Source: Candidatus Sumerlaeaceae bacterium (lineage in GTDB: Bacteria; Sumerlaeota; Sumerlaeia; Sumerlaeales; Sumerlaeaceae). From it: a stretch of 64,000 bases of DNA. The position numbers were made by a program, and so were the translations under genes. The notes below the pieces were generated by a model. The model was given only the letters and a program-made list of their open reading frames with translations, was not told the origin of the DNA and made no database searches. Shown here piece after piece: positions 27,887 through 36,048 of this stretch. The DNA lies in NCBI GenBank assembly GCA_051003195.1, contig JBPCLP010000009.1:32001-96000 (forward strand), in the 5' to 3' direction. Numbering within the stretch: the stretch's first letter is position 1; each line of letters begins with the position of its first letter.

Positions 27887-29185
27887 CTACTGCGGTGAAG
27901 AAGTTACCTGCGTTGCGACAGATGTAGAGGTCGAAGCTGCGTCGGCCACGGCCGGTGCGGGCGCGGCGGGCTTCACTTCGACCGCCTTGCCGTCGGGTCC
28001 GAGTTGCTTTGCGGCCGCGACAAATTTCGAGCCACGGACCTGGGCGACCTGCACGGGCTTTTTACAATCGCCTTCCGCATCAAAGAATGTTTTGCCGGTT
28101 AATCCGTCGTATGAGTGCTCAGGCGAATCCAGGCTCTTGAGGTATTGTAACACGGCGTCGCGCGTAAAGCCGTTCTTCTTAATTCCCTCACATACAATTG
28201 TGACGGCATCGTAGCCGAGCACTGCCCATGCGTCGGGGTCCTTGTCGAACTTGTTGCGGAATGCTGTAGCAAACTTTGCAGCTTTCTCGCCGCCAAGATC
28301 GAACAAGAACGGACATGTTACGTATGCGCCATCCGCGGCGGCCCCGCCCAGCGTGATGTATTGCTGGCTGAACACGCCATCGCCGCTCAGCAACTGTGCA
28401 CGAATGCCGAGATCGCGCGCCTGGCGGGCAATGTTGGCAGCTTCGTTGTACAGCCCGGCCACCAGTATGGCCTCTGGCTCCGGCTGTGCACCTTGTATCG
28501 TAGTCAACTGTGAACGGAAATCCGGCTGCTCCCTGTTGTAAGCTTGCTCGGCGACGATCTTCAGGCCCAATTCTAAAGCCTTCTTCCTGAAGCTGTCTTT
28601 CAGCCCGGCGCCGTAGTCGTCGTTGTCGAAAAGGATGGCGACGTTCTTCAGTCCCAGCACGTTGCCGGCATAAAGCGCGAGCGACTGCCCCTGAAAATCG
28701 TCGGTGAATATGTTGCGATAGACGTACTCGCTGTTTTTGGTAACTTCCACGTTGGTTGACCCGGGTGAAAACATAACCATCTTTGCCTGGCTATAAATCG
28801 GTTTCCCATTCAGCGAGCAGGAACTGTTGAAGTGTCCGATAACGGCAAGGATTGAATCGTCGCTGGCGATCGAGCTGGCAACCGTCTGTGCTTGGTCAGC
28901 CTTGCCGGCATCATCCTGTTCGTTGAGCTTCAATTGTCGCCCGTTAATTCCGCCGGCGGCGTTTAGCTCCTCGGCGAACACCTCCACGCCCATCTTGATC
29001 TGGGTACCAATTTCCGAGTTATTACCTGTAAGTGGCACCGCTACCGCCAGTGTGAAGGTCTGATCTGAGCCTCCGGCCGTGCCACTTGCGGAAGAGCTGC
29101 CCTGCTGGCCACTTTTGTCACATCCGCTGAATGTTGCCAGCACTCCCAACGTACCGAGAAACGCGAATCTTGACGCCACGCGCAT
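27887..29185 (-). CDS. Branched-chain amino acid ABC substrate-binding lipoprotein (LivK-like), tandem paralog
   Basis: FSGC lipobox; core highly similar to the neighbouring gene. Confidence 0.9.
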   Translation of the reverse strand: MRVASRFAFLGTLGVLATFSGCDKSGQQGSSSASGTAGGSDQTFTLAVAVPLTGNNSEIGTQIKMGVEVFAEELNAAGGINGRQLKLNEQDDAGKADQAQTVASSIASDDSILAVIGHFNSSCSLNGKPIYSQAKMVMFSPGSTNVEVTKNSEYVYRNIFTDDFQGQSLALYAGNVLGLKNVAILFDNDDYGAGLKDSFRKKALELGLKIVAEQAYNREQPDFRSQLTTIQGAQPEPEAILVAGLYNEAANIARQARDLGIRAQLLSGDGVFSQQYITLGGAAADGAYVTCPFLFDLGGEKAAKFATAFRNKFDKDPDAWAVLGYDAVTIVCEGIKKNGFTRDAVLQYLKSLDSPEHSYDGLTGKTFFDAEGDCKKPVQVAQVRGSKFVAAAKQLGPDGKAVEVKPAAPAPAVADAASTSTSVATQVTSSPQ

Positions 29186-29294
29186 ACATTCCTCTTTTCC
29201 TTTGTGTTTCGGCGGGATGTATGCAGGCCTCGCTTCAAGAACAAGTATTTTCTGCCAGCCGCCAACGCGCGTAGGTTTGCTGGTGTTAAGGAGA

Positions 29295-31295
29295 ATGGTG
29301 CAGATGTCGTGGCTGATGGTAATCAGGGGCCCAAGCGTCGGTGTCCGGTATGAACTTGGGGAGCGGACACGGATCGGCCGCCTCGGCGAGAACGAAATCC
29401 AGGTGGCAGACGCGAATGTCTCACGCGTGCACGCGGAGATCGTACAGGATCGAATCGCCTACACGATACACGACCGTGGATCCAAAAACGGCATCCTTGT
29501 TAACGGCGAAGAAGTGGCGGAAAAGGTGCTGCTACCAAATGACGAAATCCAGGTTGGTCACACAAGGTTTCTCTTTAGTTCCGACCTGACGATTCGAAAC
29601 GCACGCTTCTCAAACAATTCAGTTTACCTCTACCCGTCGAACCAGCAGGCGCTCAATGAGGCGCTGCAGCGCAGCTCGGTTGCCAAACTTTCCACCTCGG
29701 AGCAGAACTCGATCGACTTCTGTCTGCGTTTTGCGGACTTGTTTGCGGCACCACCGGCGCCCCTCGCCCAGTCTGCAGAGCGTCTCGTTGCGCAGATCGT
29801 CACGCTACTCAATGCCGATTCCGGGGTGCTCCTGATGCGCGAACCGCTGAATGGCGAAATGCGACCTGTCGTGGCCTTGCCGGTCGGCGAGCCTGTAGCC
29901 ATCAACAAAATGCTGGTCACAACCGTCGTCGACAAGCAACAGGCGCTGCTTTCGTCGGAAAGCATTGCACTGCCGCCGATGGCGGATGAAGACATGAATC
30001 CGGTGCCATCTCGGGGCAACCGGCAATCGTCCGCGGCTACACCGGATGCCACGGGAGCGCGGACTATTTCGTCGGACATCCTCGATGAGCTTACGAGCAC
30101 TCCACCGCCAACGATCGAGCCGGCCGCTCTGTCGACTTTGTATGCACCGGTGATTCAACAGGATGTTGTAACTGCGGTGCTTGTGGTTCAAAAAAAGCAG
30201 CTCGATTACTTTGCGCAGCGAGAACTCGGGCTTCTCCATGCCGTATCGAAACTGGCCGCAGGCACCATCGAGGCTGGCCGCGTCGTTGACCAGCTAAACT
30301 TGCGGACTGCAGCCCCCGCGGCCGAGCCCGGCGAGATCGAGGCTGGGGTGATGAACGCGACGCGCAGCCTTCGCATGCAGGAAATACTTAATGCTGCGCG
30401 CCGCACGGCTGAAAGCGATGTGACCGTTCTCATCACCGGGGAAACCGGCACTGGAAAAGAAATGCTGGCCCGGCACATTCATCTCCACAGTTCCCGGTCG
30501 AGGGGTCCGTTTGTTGCGATTAACTGCGGTACCGTACCACCGAACCAGTTCGAGGGTGAACTTTTCGGTTACGAAAAAGGTGCCTTTGCCGGCGCGGCTC
30601 GCACGACTGCGGGAAAGGTGGAAGCTGCACAGGGCGGCACGCTTTTCATCGACGAAGTTGCGGAGCTGGATCTTACGCTTCAGCCAAAGCTGCTGCGCTT
30701 TCTGCAGGACAAGGCTTTTTTTCGTGTCGGCGGAACGCGCGCGATCGATGCAAACGTGCGAATCATTGCTGCGACAAACGAGGACCTTGCCGCCGCCGTT
30801 CGGGCGGGTCAGTTCCGCGAGGACCTTTGGTACCGATTGAATGTGGTACCGTTCCACGTATCTCCGCTGCGCGAGCGGCGCGAGGATATTGGTCAGCTCG
30901 TAGATTTCCTGGTTTCGAGACACTCGGCAAAGTTGAATCGCCGGGTGCTCGGCGCAAACGACGGTGCGCTGGCGCTGCTCCAGAAGTACGACTGGCCAGG
31001 CAATATACGCGAACTCGAAAATGCGGTCGAGCGGGCTGTGTTGCTGGCAGACGGCAAAATATTAACGACTGCGGATTTCGCGCACATTGAGGAAGCCAGG
31101 CGCCGTGCGCAGGAGCAGGCCGATTTGGAGCGCAAACGCGAGACCAAGCCGCTGACAGAAGTGGAGCGCCAGCACATCATCGTCGCACTCAAGAAGTTTA
31201 ACTATAACCAGGCACGCGCCGCCGATGCACTAGGTCTGCACCGAAACACGCTGCGAAATAAGATCATGGAGTACGGGATCGAGATTCCGAAGTAA
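29295..31295 (+). CDS. FHA-GAF-AAA+-Fis HTH sigma54-type enhancer-binding protein (GAFAGA variant)
   Basis: FHA (IGR..VSRVHA..GSKNG); GETGTGKE; FIDEV; FREDLWYRLNV; WPGNIRELEN; C-terminal HTH; AAGGAG RBS before ATG 29295. Confidence 0.9.
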   Translation: MVQMSWLMVIRGPSVGVRYELGERTRIGRLGENEIQVADANVSRVHAEIVQDRIAYTIHDRGSKNGILVNGEEVAEKVLLPNDEIQVGHTRFLFSSDLTIRNARFSNNSVYLYPSNQQALNEALQRSSVAKLSTSEQNSIDFCLRFADLFAAPPAPLAQSAERLVAQIVTLLNADSGVLLMREPLNGEMRPVVALPVGEPVAINKMLVTTVVDKQQALLSSESIALPPMADEDMNPVPSRGNRQSSAATPDATGARTISSDILDELTSTPPPTIEPAALSTLYAPVIQQDVVTAVLVVQKKQLDYFAQRELGLLHAVSKLAAGTIEAGRVVDQLNLRTAAPAAEPGEIEAGVMNATRSLRMQEILNAARRTAESDVTVLITGETGTGKEMLARHIHLHSSRSRGPFVAINCGTVPPNQFEGELFGYEKGAFAGAARTTAGKVEAAQGGTLFIDEVAELDLTLQPKLLRFLQDKAFFRVGGTRAIDANVRIIAATNEDLAAAVRAGQFREDLWYRLNVVPFHVSPLRERREDIGQLVDFLVSRHSAKLNRRVLGANDGALALLQKYDWPGNIRELENAVERAVLLADGKILTTADFAHIEEARRRAQEQADLERKRETKPLTEVERQHIIVALKKFNYNQARAADALGLHRNTLRNKIMEYGIEIPK

Positions 31296-31359
31296 CTATT
31301 AGTAAGGCTTTGCTCAGTTACAAACGCATTCGGCGACCTTCCGCATCATGCCCCGATTG

Positions 31360-32034
31360 TTACTTTTCCGGGGCCCCACCTGAAGCCGATCCATTACCAG
31401 ACCCCGACCCCGACCCCGTTCCCGGTGCGGGCAATGGCGTGGCACGCGCAGGCGCTACTGCATTCTCCTTCGCTTCGCCCACTTCGGCTGTACCCAGGCC
31501 GCCGCCAGTAATCAACACGCCCCCGCGTTCAGCATAGGAGCTGAACGGAATGATCACAGGCTCAATAACACGTAAACCCTGCGGATAGCCGTAGCGCATA
31601 TTCGCCGTGATGCCAAGATCCCCCTGGTTGTACGCCAGTGCGTGGCTGCGGGGCGGAACGCTGCTCTGGTATCCGCGTGGCGAACCGAAAAACCACCCGC
31701 TGATGCCGGCATACTGGTAATAGGGTGTAGCCAGCACACAAAGTGCGTACGGGTACTGGCGCGGGTTCTCGAACAAACTCGTCAGATGTGGTGTGTAGGC
31801 AGGAGCGTAGGACCGCCGCGCAAACGATGAGTAGTTGAAGTACTCATTGTACGGTACACCAATTTCCGACGCTCCCGTGGCGGGCAGCAATACAGGAACC
31901 TGAACGGCAACTGCGGGTGCGGCGACTGCCGCCGGTGCGGCGGCCTCTGCTCCCGCAAGCACAGCAGTTGCTGAGCTGCACGCTGCCATGGCGGTAGCCA
32001 GCCTGACGACTGATGTTTTACAACATTCGCGCAT
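31360..32034 (-). CDS. Hypothetical secreted Tyr/Pro/Ala-rich protein
   Basis: Signal-like N-terminus, Tyr-rich core, Gly/Ser tail; starts 1 bp after the upstream gene stop. Confidence 0.6.
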   Translation of the reverse strand: MRECCKTSVVRLATAMAACSSATAVLAGAEAAAPAAVAAPAVAVQVPVLLPATGASEIGVPYNEYFNYSSFARRSYAPAYTPHLTSLFENPRQYPYALCVLATPYYQYAGISGWFFGSPRGYQSSVPPRSHALAYNQGDLGITANMRYGYPQGLRVIEPVIIPFSSYAERGGVLITGGGLGTAEVGEAKENAVAPARATPLPAPGTGSGSGSGNGSASGGAPEK

Positions 32035-32035
32035 G

Positions 32036-34108
32036 CTACTGCTTCACCAGCTTCATTGCGTCGACAGAAACGCTGACAGTTGGACCAGGCTCAACACCTT
32101 CTGTGCTCAACGTAACGACCGGCTGATGCTGGCCAGCCTTTAGTGTGAACTTGCCGATCGAATTCCACCTCTTGGCGCTGGAGGGGTCAGATTGATCGAC
32201 GGAAAGTTTTTGCGGGCCAGCTGCCGCGTCAACGGTGACGGGTACCTTGTCGGAACGGAACTGCTTGTTGGACTGCACCCACCACACGAAGATCTCGTAC
32301 TCGCCGTCTTCAGGAACGTCTGCGTAGAAGGTGGCACGCTTTATGGTTCCGTCGACACGTCCGATCAGTGAGGACTGTTGATAGGACTCGGTCAGGTTTA
32401 CCGAGTTTTCCCAGGCCTGCGGCGGATCGACTGAAACCGACGTCGGGATTTTGTCGTCCGCGATGATTCCGGAGGTATCCTGCACGGCTGGTGCCGGAGC
32501 TCCAACTGCCGGGCCCCCAGTTGGGAGAGATGGCAACGGAGGCGCTGTTTCCGTTGCGCCTGTTGCTCCCGGCAGAGTTGGCAACGTGGGCGGAGCTGAT
32601 ACACCTGGCGCGGTGCCAGTTCCTGGCAGAGCCGGGATGGTACCGCCGGCTTCAGGCAGGCTAGGTAGCGGCGCCGCACTTGCGCCCGGAGTGACAGCCA
32701 TCACTTCGGTGGTCGGTGTGGGTACGGGTGTAAGGGCTAACGGAGCAGGTCCGCCGATCGATGCCGGCACGTCTATACCCGTAGGTGGAGAGGCGGGTTC
32801 ATTTGTGTTCATGCTGGGGAATGGCGTTAAAGGCTGAAGAGCAGGCGCTGCCTCGGCGGGTAACTCGGCCGGTGCGACGGACAACTCTGCGCCAATTGGT
32901 GCGGCAGGGCCACCGGGCACCACCGCGGGGATTTGAGCAATGCCAGCCAGTGACGCGGGTGTAAGAGCCGCGATGGCTGGCTGCGGACCTGTGACTACCA
33001 CAGCACCTGCGACCGGCGCGGATGCGGCAGCAGTGATGGGGCTGAGCGTCTCAGGATTCGCAAGTCCGGGCGCATACCGCTGGGTAGTATAGCTTGCCTC
33101 GTTGGTCTGAATTGCGGTGGAAGGAGCTAGAACGTACGCAGGTACTTGCGGCTCCACCGGCGTCGTGCCGGCGTAACCCTGTGGCCAGTAGAATGTACCG
33201 TACGGTAGATTTACGTAAATGTCGGTACGGACAAATGGAGCCGAGGCGTACGCGTAACGAACCGGCGGCGCCATGATGTTGGCAGGATAGGGAGTAACGC
33301 CCGGCAGCAATACACGCGTGACCGTTTGTGGCATGTAGATAATCGGCGGACCTGCAAAAGCTGGTGAGCGCAAATACGGCGTGCCTACTGGAGCCGCGGC
33401 TGCAAGGCCGACACCATAGGGACCAATGATACCGGCTTCTGCCGTTACCGCGGGTCGCGGATAAACGGTTAGTCCACTACTGCGCGGCGTCAGTGCAGGG
33501 CTTACTGCTTCCGTCACTCTTTCAACGGACCGAGACTTGATGCTTTCAACGGACCCAGCCTGCGAGCTTTGGCCTTTTTCCAGCTGCGTGGCCTGGTCTT
33601 CGACTGTTATTTTTTTTGTCGTTGTCTGCGACTGCGATTGTGACAGCGCGTCGAGTGACTTTACTTCGCCTGCCATGGGAGGCAGCGACGGCGGAACGGC
33701 CGGGCCGGGCACGGGCGCGACAGCGCTCAGCGGAGGGAGATCGCCCAGTGCGGGCGCAGCTGCGACGGTGCGTTGTGATGGTTCTGATGGAGCAGTGGAC
33801 GATAGCGGAGCTTTTGGATCTTCGGACAATGAAATGATGTCGCCGACGCGAACCTTGCTTGCGGCGGCTGCTGGTACGACGACGACGCTTCCGCCCGGTT
33901 TGCCGCTGCTTTCCACAACAGCATCCGTAATCACCTTGCCGCCGCGCACAATAAATACCGGTTCGCCATCTGGCCGAACAGTACGCAAATCCACGTACAT
34001 TTTACCAGTCTTTGCATCCGGCTTCAGTGTCACCTTGCCGATCTGCTGCGCACCTGACACGCTGGCCAATGCGATCCCAACGGCAACAATGCTGACAACT
34101 CTGCTCAT
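32036..34108 (-). CDS. Secreted Pro/Ala-rich protein with C-terminal golvesin/Xly-like beta-sandwich
   Basis: Signal peptide MSRVVSIVAVGIALASVSGA; long P/A/T linker; GEYEIFVWW..VDQS..WNSIGKF..VDAMKLVK. Confidence 0.7.
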   Translation of the reverse strand: MSRVVSIVAVGIALASVSGAQQIGKVTLKPDAKTGKMYVDLRTVRPDGEPVFIVRGGKVITDAVVESSGKPGGSVVVVPAAAASKVRVGDIISLSEDPKAPLSSTAPSEPSQRTVAAAPALGDLPPLSAVAPVPGPAVPPSLPPMAGEVKSLDALSQSQSQTTTKKITVEDQATQLEKGQSSQAGSVESIKSRSVERVTEAVSPALTPRSSGLTVYPRPAVTAEAGIIGPYGVGLAAAAPVGTPYLRSPAFAGPPIIYMPQTVTRVLLPGVTPYPANIMAPPVRYAYASAPFVRTDIYVNLPYGTFYWPQGYAGTTPVEPQVPAYVLAPSTAIQTNEASYTTQRYAPGLANPETLSPITAAASAPVAGAVVVTGPQPAIAALTPASLAGIAQIPAVVPGGPAAPIGAELSVAPAELPAEAAPALQPLTPFPSMNTNEPASPPTGIDVPASIGGPAPLALTPVPTPTTEVMAVTPGASAAPLPSLPEAGGTIPALPGTGTAPGVSAPPTLPTLPGATGATETAPPLPSLPTGGPAVGAPAPAVQDTSGIIADDKIPTSVSVDPPQAWENSVNLTESYQQSSLIGRVDGTIKRATFYADVPEDGEYEIFVWWVQSNKQFRSDKVPVTVDAAAGPQKLSVDQSDPSSAKRWNSIGKFTLKAGQHQPVVTLSTEGVEPGPTVSVSVDAMKLVKQ

Positions 34109-34393
34109 GCGAAACTCCCGTCCAACATTCTCCCAGCAACCGGGGCTACCACAATGCAATCCGTGCGCCAAGCGCGAACACGGCGTCGCTCTAAACACGT
34201 GCAGTAGACCAAATCCCATAGCACTGCCGCAAGTAGATTTGCCCCGCTCCATGCATTTCGCATTTAAGGAACGCTGAAGCGGGTTGAGCGAAACCAGCTC
34301 GAATCTGCTCGATCCTTGCGGCATCTCCGGGGTCGCAGTTCACCGCGTAAAATGTTCTGGAAACCTGTGCATTGTCATCTATAGTACGGCCCC

Positions 34394-35371
34394 ATGGAAT
34401 CCCGAAGACTTGTTGTCGCGGCCTGCTTGTCATTGTGCACTGCCGCATTCGCAGAAGTGCCACCGGCTAATACCCTCCCCTGTTTTCCCGGTGCGTATTA
34501 CCGCAAGGCGGTGTCCAGCCAGGACATGTGGTCGGGAATCGAAGGCGTGATTACGTTGCCCGATTTTCAGCCCGACCCTGAGCGGGTCAATCCCGACAAT
34601 GGCAAGTCTCTCGATAATCCCTCGATCTATCTTGGGGGCCGTGCTGAGAACCAGGAGATCGATGCGGGACTAAGCTGGGAAGTTATTAAGGAGCCGGACG
34701 GCAGCGTCAGCCCAATACGCCGCGCGTTTCGTCCCTTCTGGAGAAACAAGGAGTGGCATTCGGGACCCGCAAAGCCGGACTTTTATTATTATCCAGGCGA
34801 CCAGATCCGAATCCGGTTAGAGACGACCGAGGCGAACAAACTTCGCATGTCGATCGAGTTGCTAAGTCGCGGCGAGAGCGGAAAACCGAAAGCTTTAGAA
34901 CCAGCTCCGCCTTCAGACCCGCTGACTACAGCTACAGCGGAGACCGAAACGACGGGAAGTTCGGTTGCCGGAAAAACAACTAACACGAAGGCGATTCTGG
35001 CTACGGGAACAGTGCCAACATCGAGTAGCGAAAAGGGTCACGGGAAAGATTTTGCTGCTACTTCGCCCGATGCGCTCACGTCACTGTCGGTCAACTTTGA
35101 TGCGCCTAACTTCGGGCCTGGACGCATCCAGGAGTTCAAGCGCGTGAATGCCATCGATCAGAGCGGCAACGAAGGCAGGGGAGTGGTGCCAACCAAAGCA
35201 CGTGTGATGGATGCCACGTGGACCGAAGTCTATCTGCTGCGCAGACGGCTTCGGGTACCAATGACGGACAACCGATTCACGGACATGCGCTGCCCGGATA
35301 AAAAGCACTTTACGGTGTTCAGCTTCGACAATACCGGGGAACGCATCTGCATCCGCGGCGCCGAGAACTAA
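34394..35371 (+). CDS. Conserved-looking secreted hypothetical protein
   Basis: Signal peptide; PGAYYRKAVSS, GIEGVITLP, DNPSIYLGG, EIDAGLSW, FKRVNAIDQ blocks interrupted by a Thr/Ser-rich insert. Confidence 0.7.
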   Translation: MESRRLVVAACLSLCTAAFAEVPPANTLPCFPGAYYRKAVSSQDMWSGIEGVITLPDFQPDPERVNPDNGKSLDNPSIYLGGRAENQEIDAGLSWEVIKEPDGSVSPIRRAFRPFWRNKEWHSGPAKPDFYYYPGDQIRIRLETTEANKLRMSIELLSRGESGKPKALEPAPPSDPLTTATAETETTGSSVAGKTTNTKAILATGTVPTSSSEKGHGKDFAATSPDALTSLSVNFDAPNFGPGRIQEFKRVNAIDQSGNEGRGVVPTKARVMDATWTEVYLLRRRLRVPMTDNRFTDMRCPDKKHFTVFSFDNTGERICIRGAEN

Positions 35372-35401
35372 TCGCGAGCAACAAGGGCCCGACAACCCAT
35401 A

Positions 35402-35625
35402 CTCGTGAGGTCTACCGTTAGTTCGTAATCGGTTATGTGTGCCGAATCGAGGTTAAGTTTGCCCTTTGGTCTGGTAAGGAACTACGGATTCGGCACACCG
35501 GGGATGGTGTTCCATCAATTCGTTCACTGGTTTTGTGTGCCGTCCGAGTTCGTAAGCTTCCTGAAGTATAGCTATGAACTTCAGGGACGGCACACTGGTG
35601 TGGTGTTCCAGATATTCGTAACGAC
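35402..35625 (+). mobile_element. Tandem hairpin repeats: type A (35402-35501), type B (35498-35598) and the start of a third unit
   Basis: Homologous to 18670 and 55161-55356; units overlap at CCGG/CTGG tetramers. Confidence 0.7.
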
Positions 35626-35756
35626 ATTTGCGCGTTTTCCGGCGCCGCTTTCAGGGCGCGATGTAATTGGATCGATAACCCAGGGCTGCGTCGGCCACAA
35701 AAAGCCGTGGCCTCCTTTCCCTGGGCTGTGTTCCGCTGCACCTTCGGTGCAAAAAG

Positions 35757-35930
35757 CTATTTCTCCTTGCGGACACCCTTGAACTTCCCGCCGCTGGTTT
35801 TCTGGTCCATGAAACGGCCGGTCGTGCGGTCGCGTTTGGTCATGTTGCCGGTGAGCGGCGAATCAATTTGTGAGCGCTTACGCACTGCGCCGACGCGCTT
35901 GTTATCACCGGTGAGGGCGTTCTTAGCCAT
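35757..35930 (-). CDS. 57-aa basic small protein (not in ORF track)
   Basis: MAKNALTGDNKRVGAVRKRSQIDSPLTGNMTKRDRTTGRFMDQKTSGGKFKGVRKEK*, AAGGAG RBS upstream. Confidence 0.8.
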   Translation of the reverse strand: MAKNALTGDNKRVGAVRKRSQIDSPLTGNMTKRDRTTGRFMDQKTSGGKFKGVRKEK

Positions 35931-36048
35931 GGAACTGCTCCTTTTTAGTAAGTTGCGAGTATCAAGGGCAAGTTCTGTGCGAGGTGACCAGGCACAGTGC
36001 CATTACTCAAAAGCGTGACGCCTGATCGTGCTGCTTCCCGCGTTCGGC

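Noticed and set aside
35402..35598. Integron attC sites
   Set aside because: No RYYYAAC/GTTRRRY core sites, no cassette ORFs between units, and no integron integrase.
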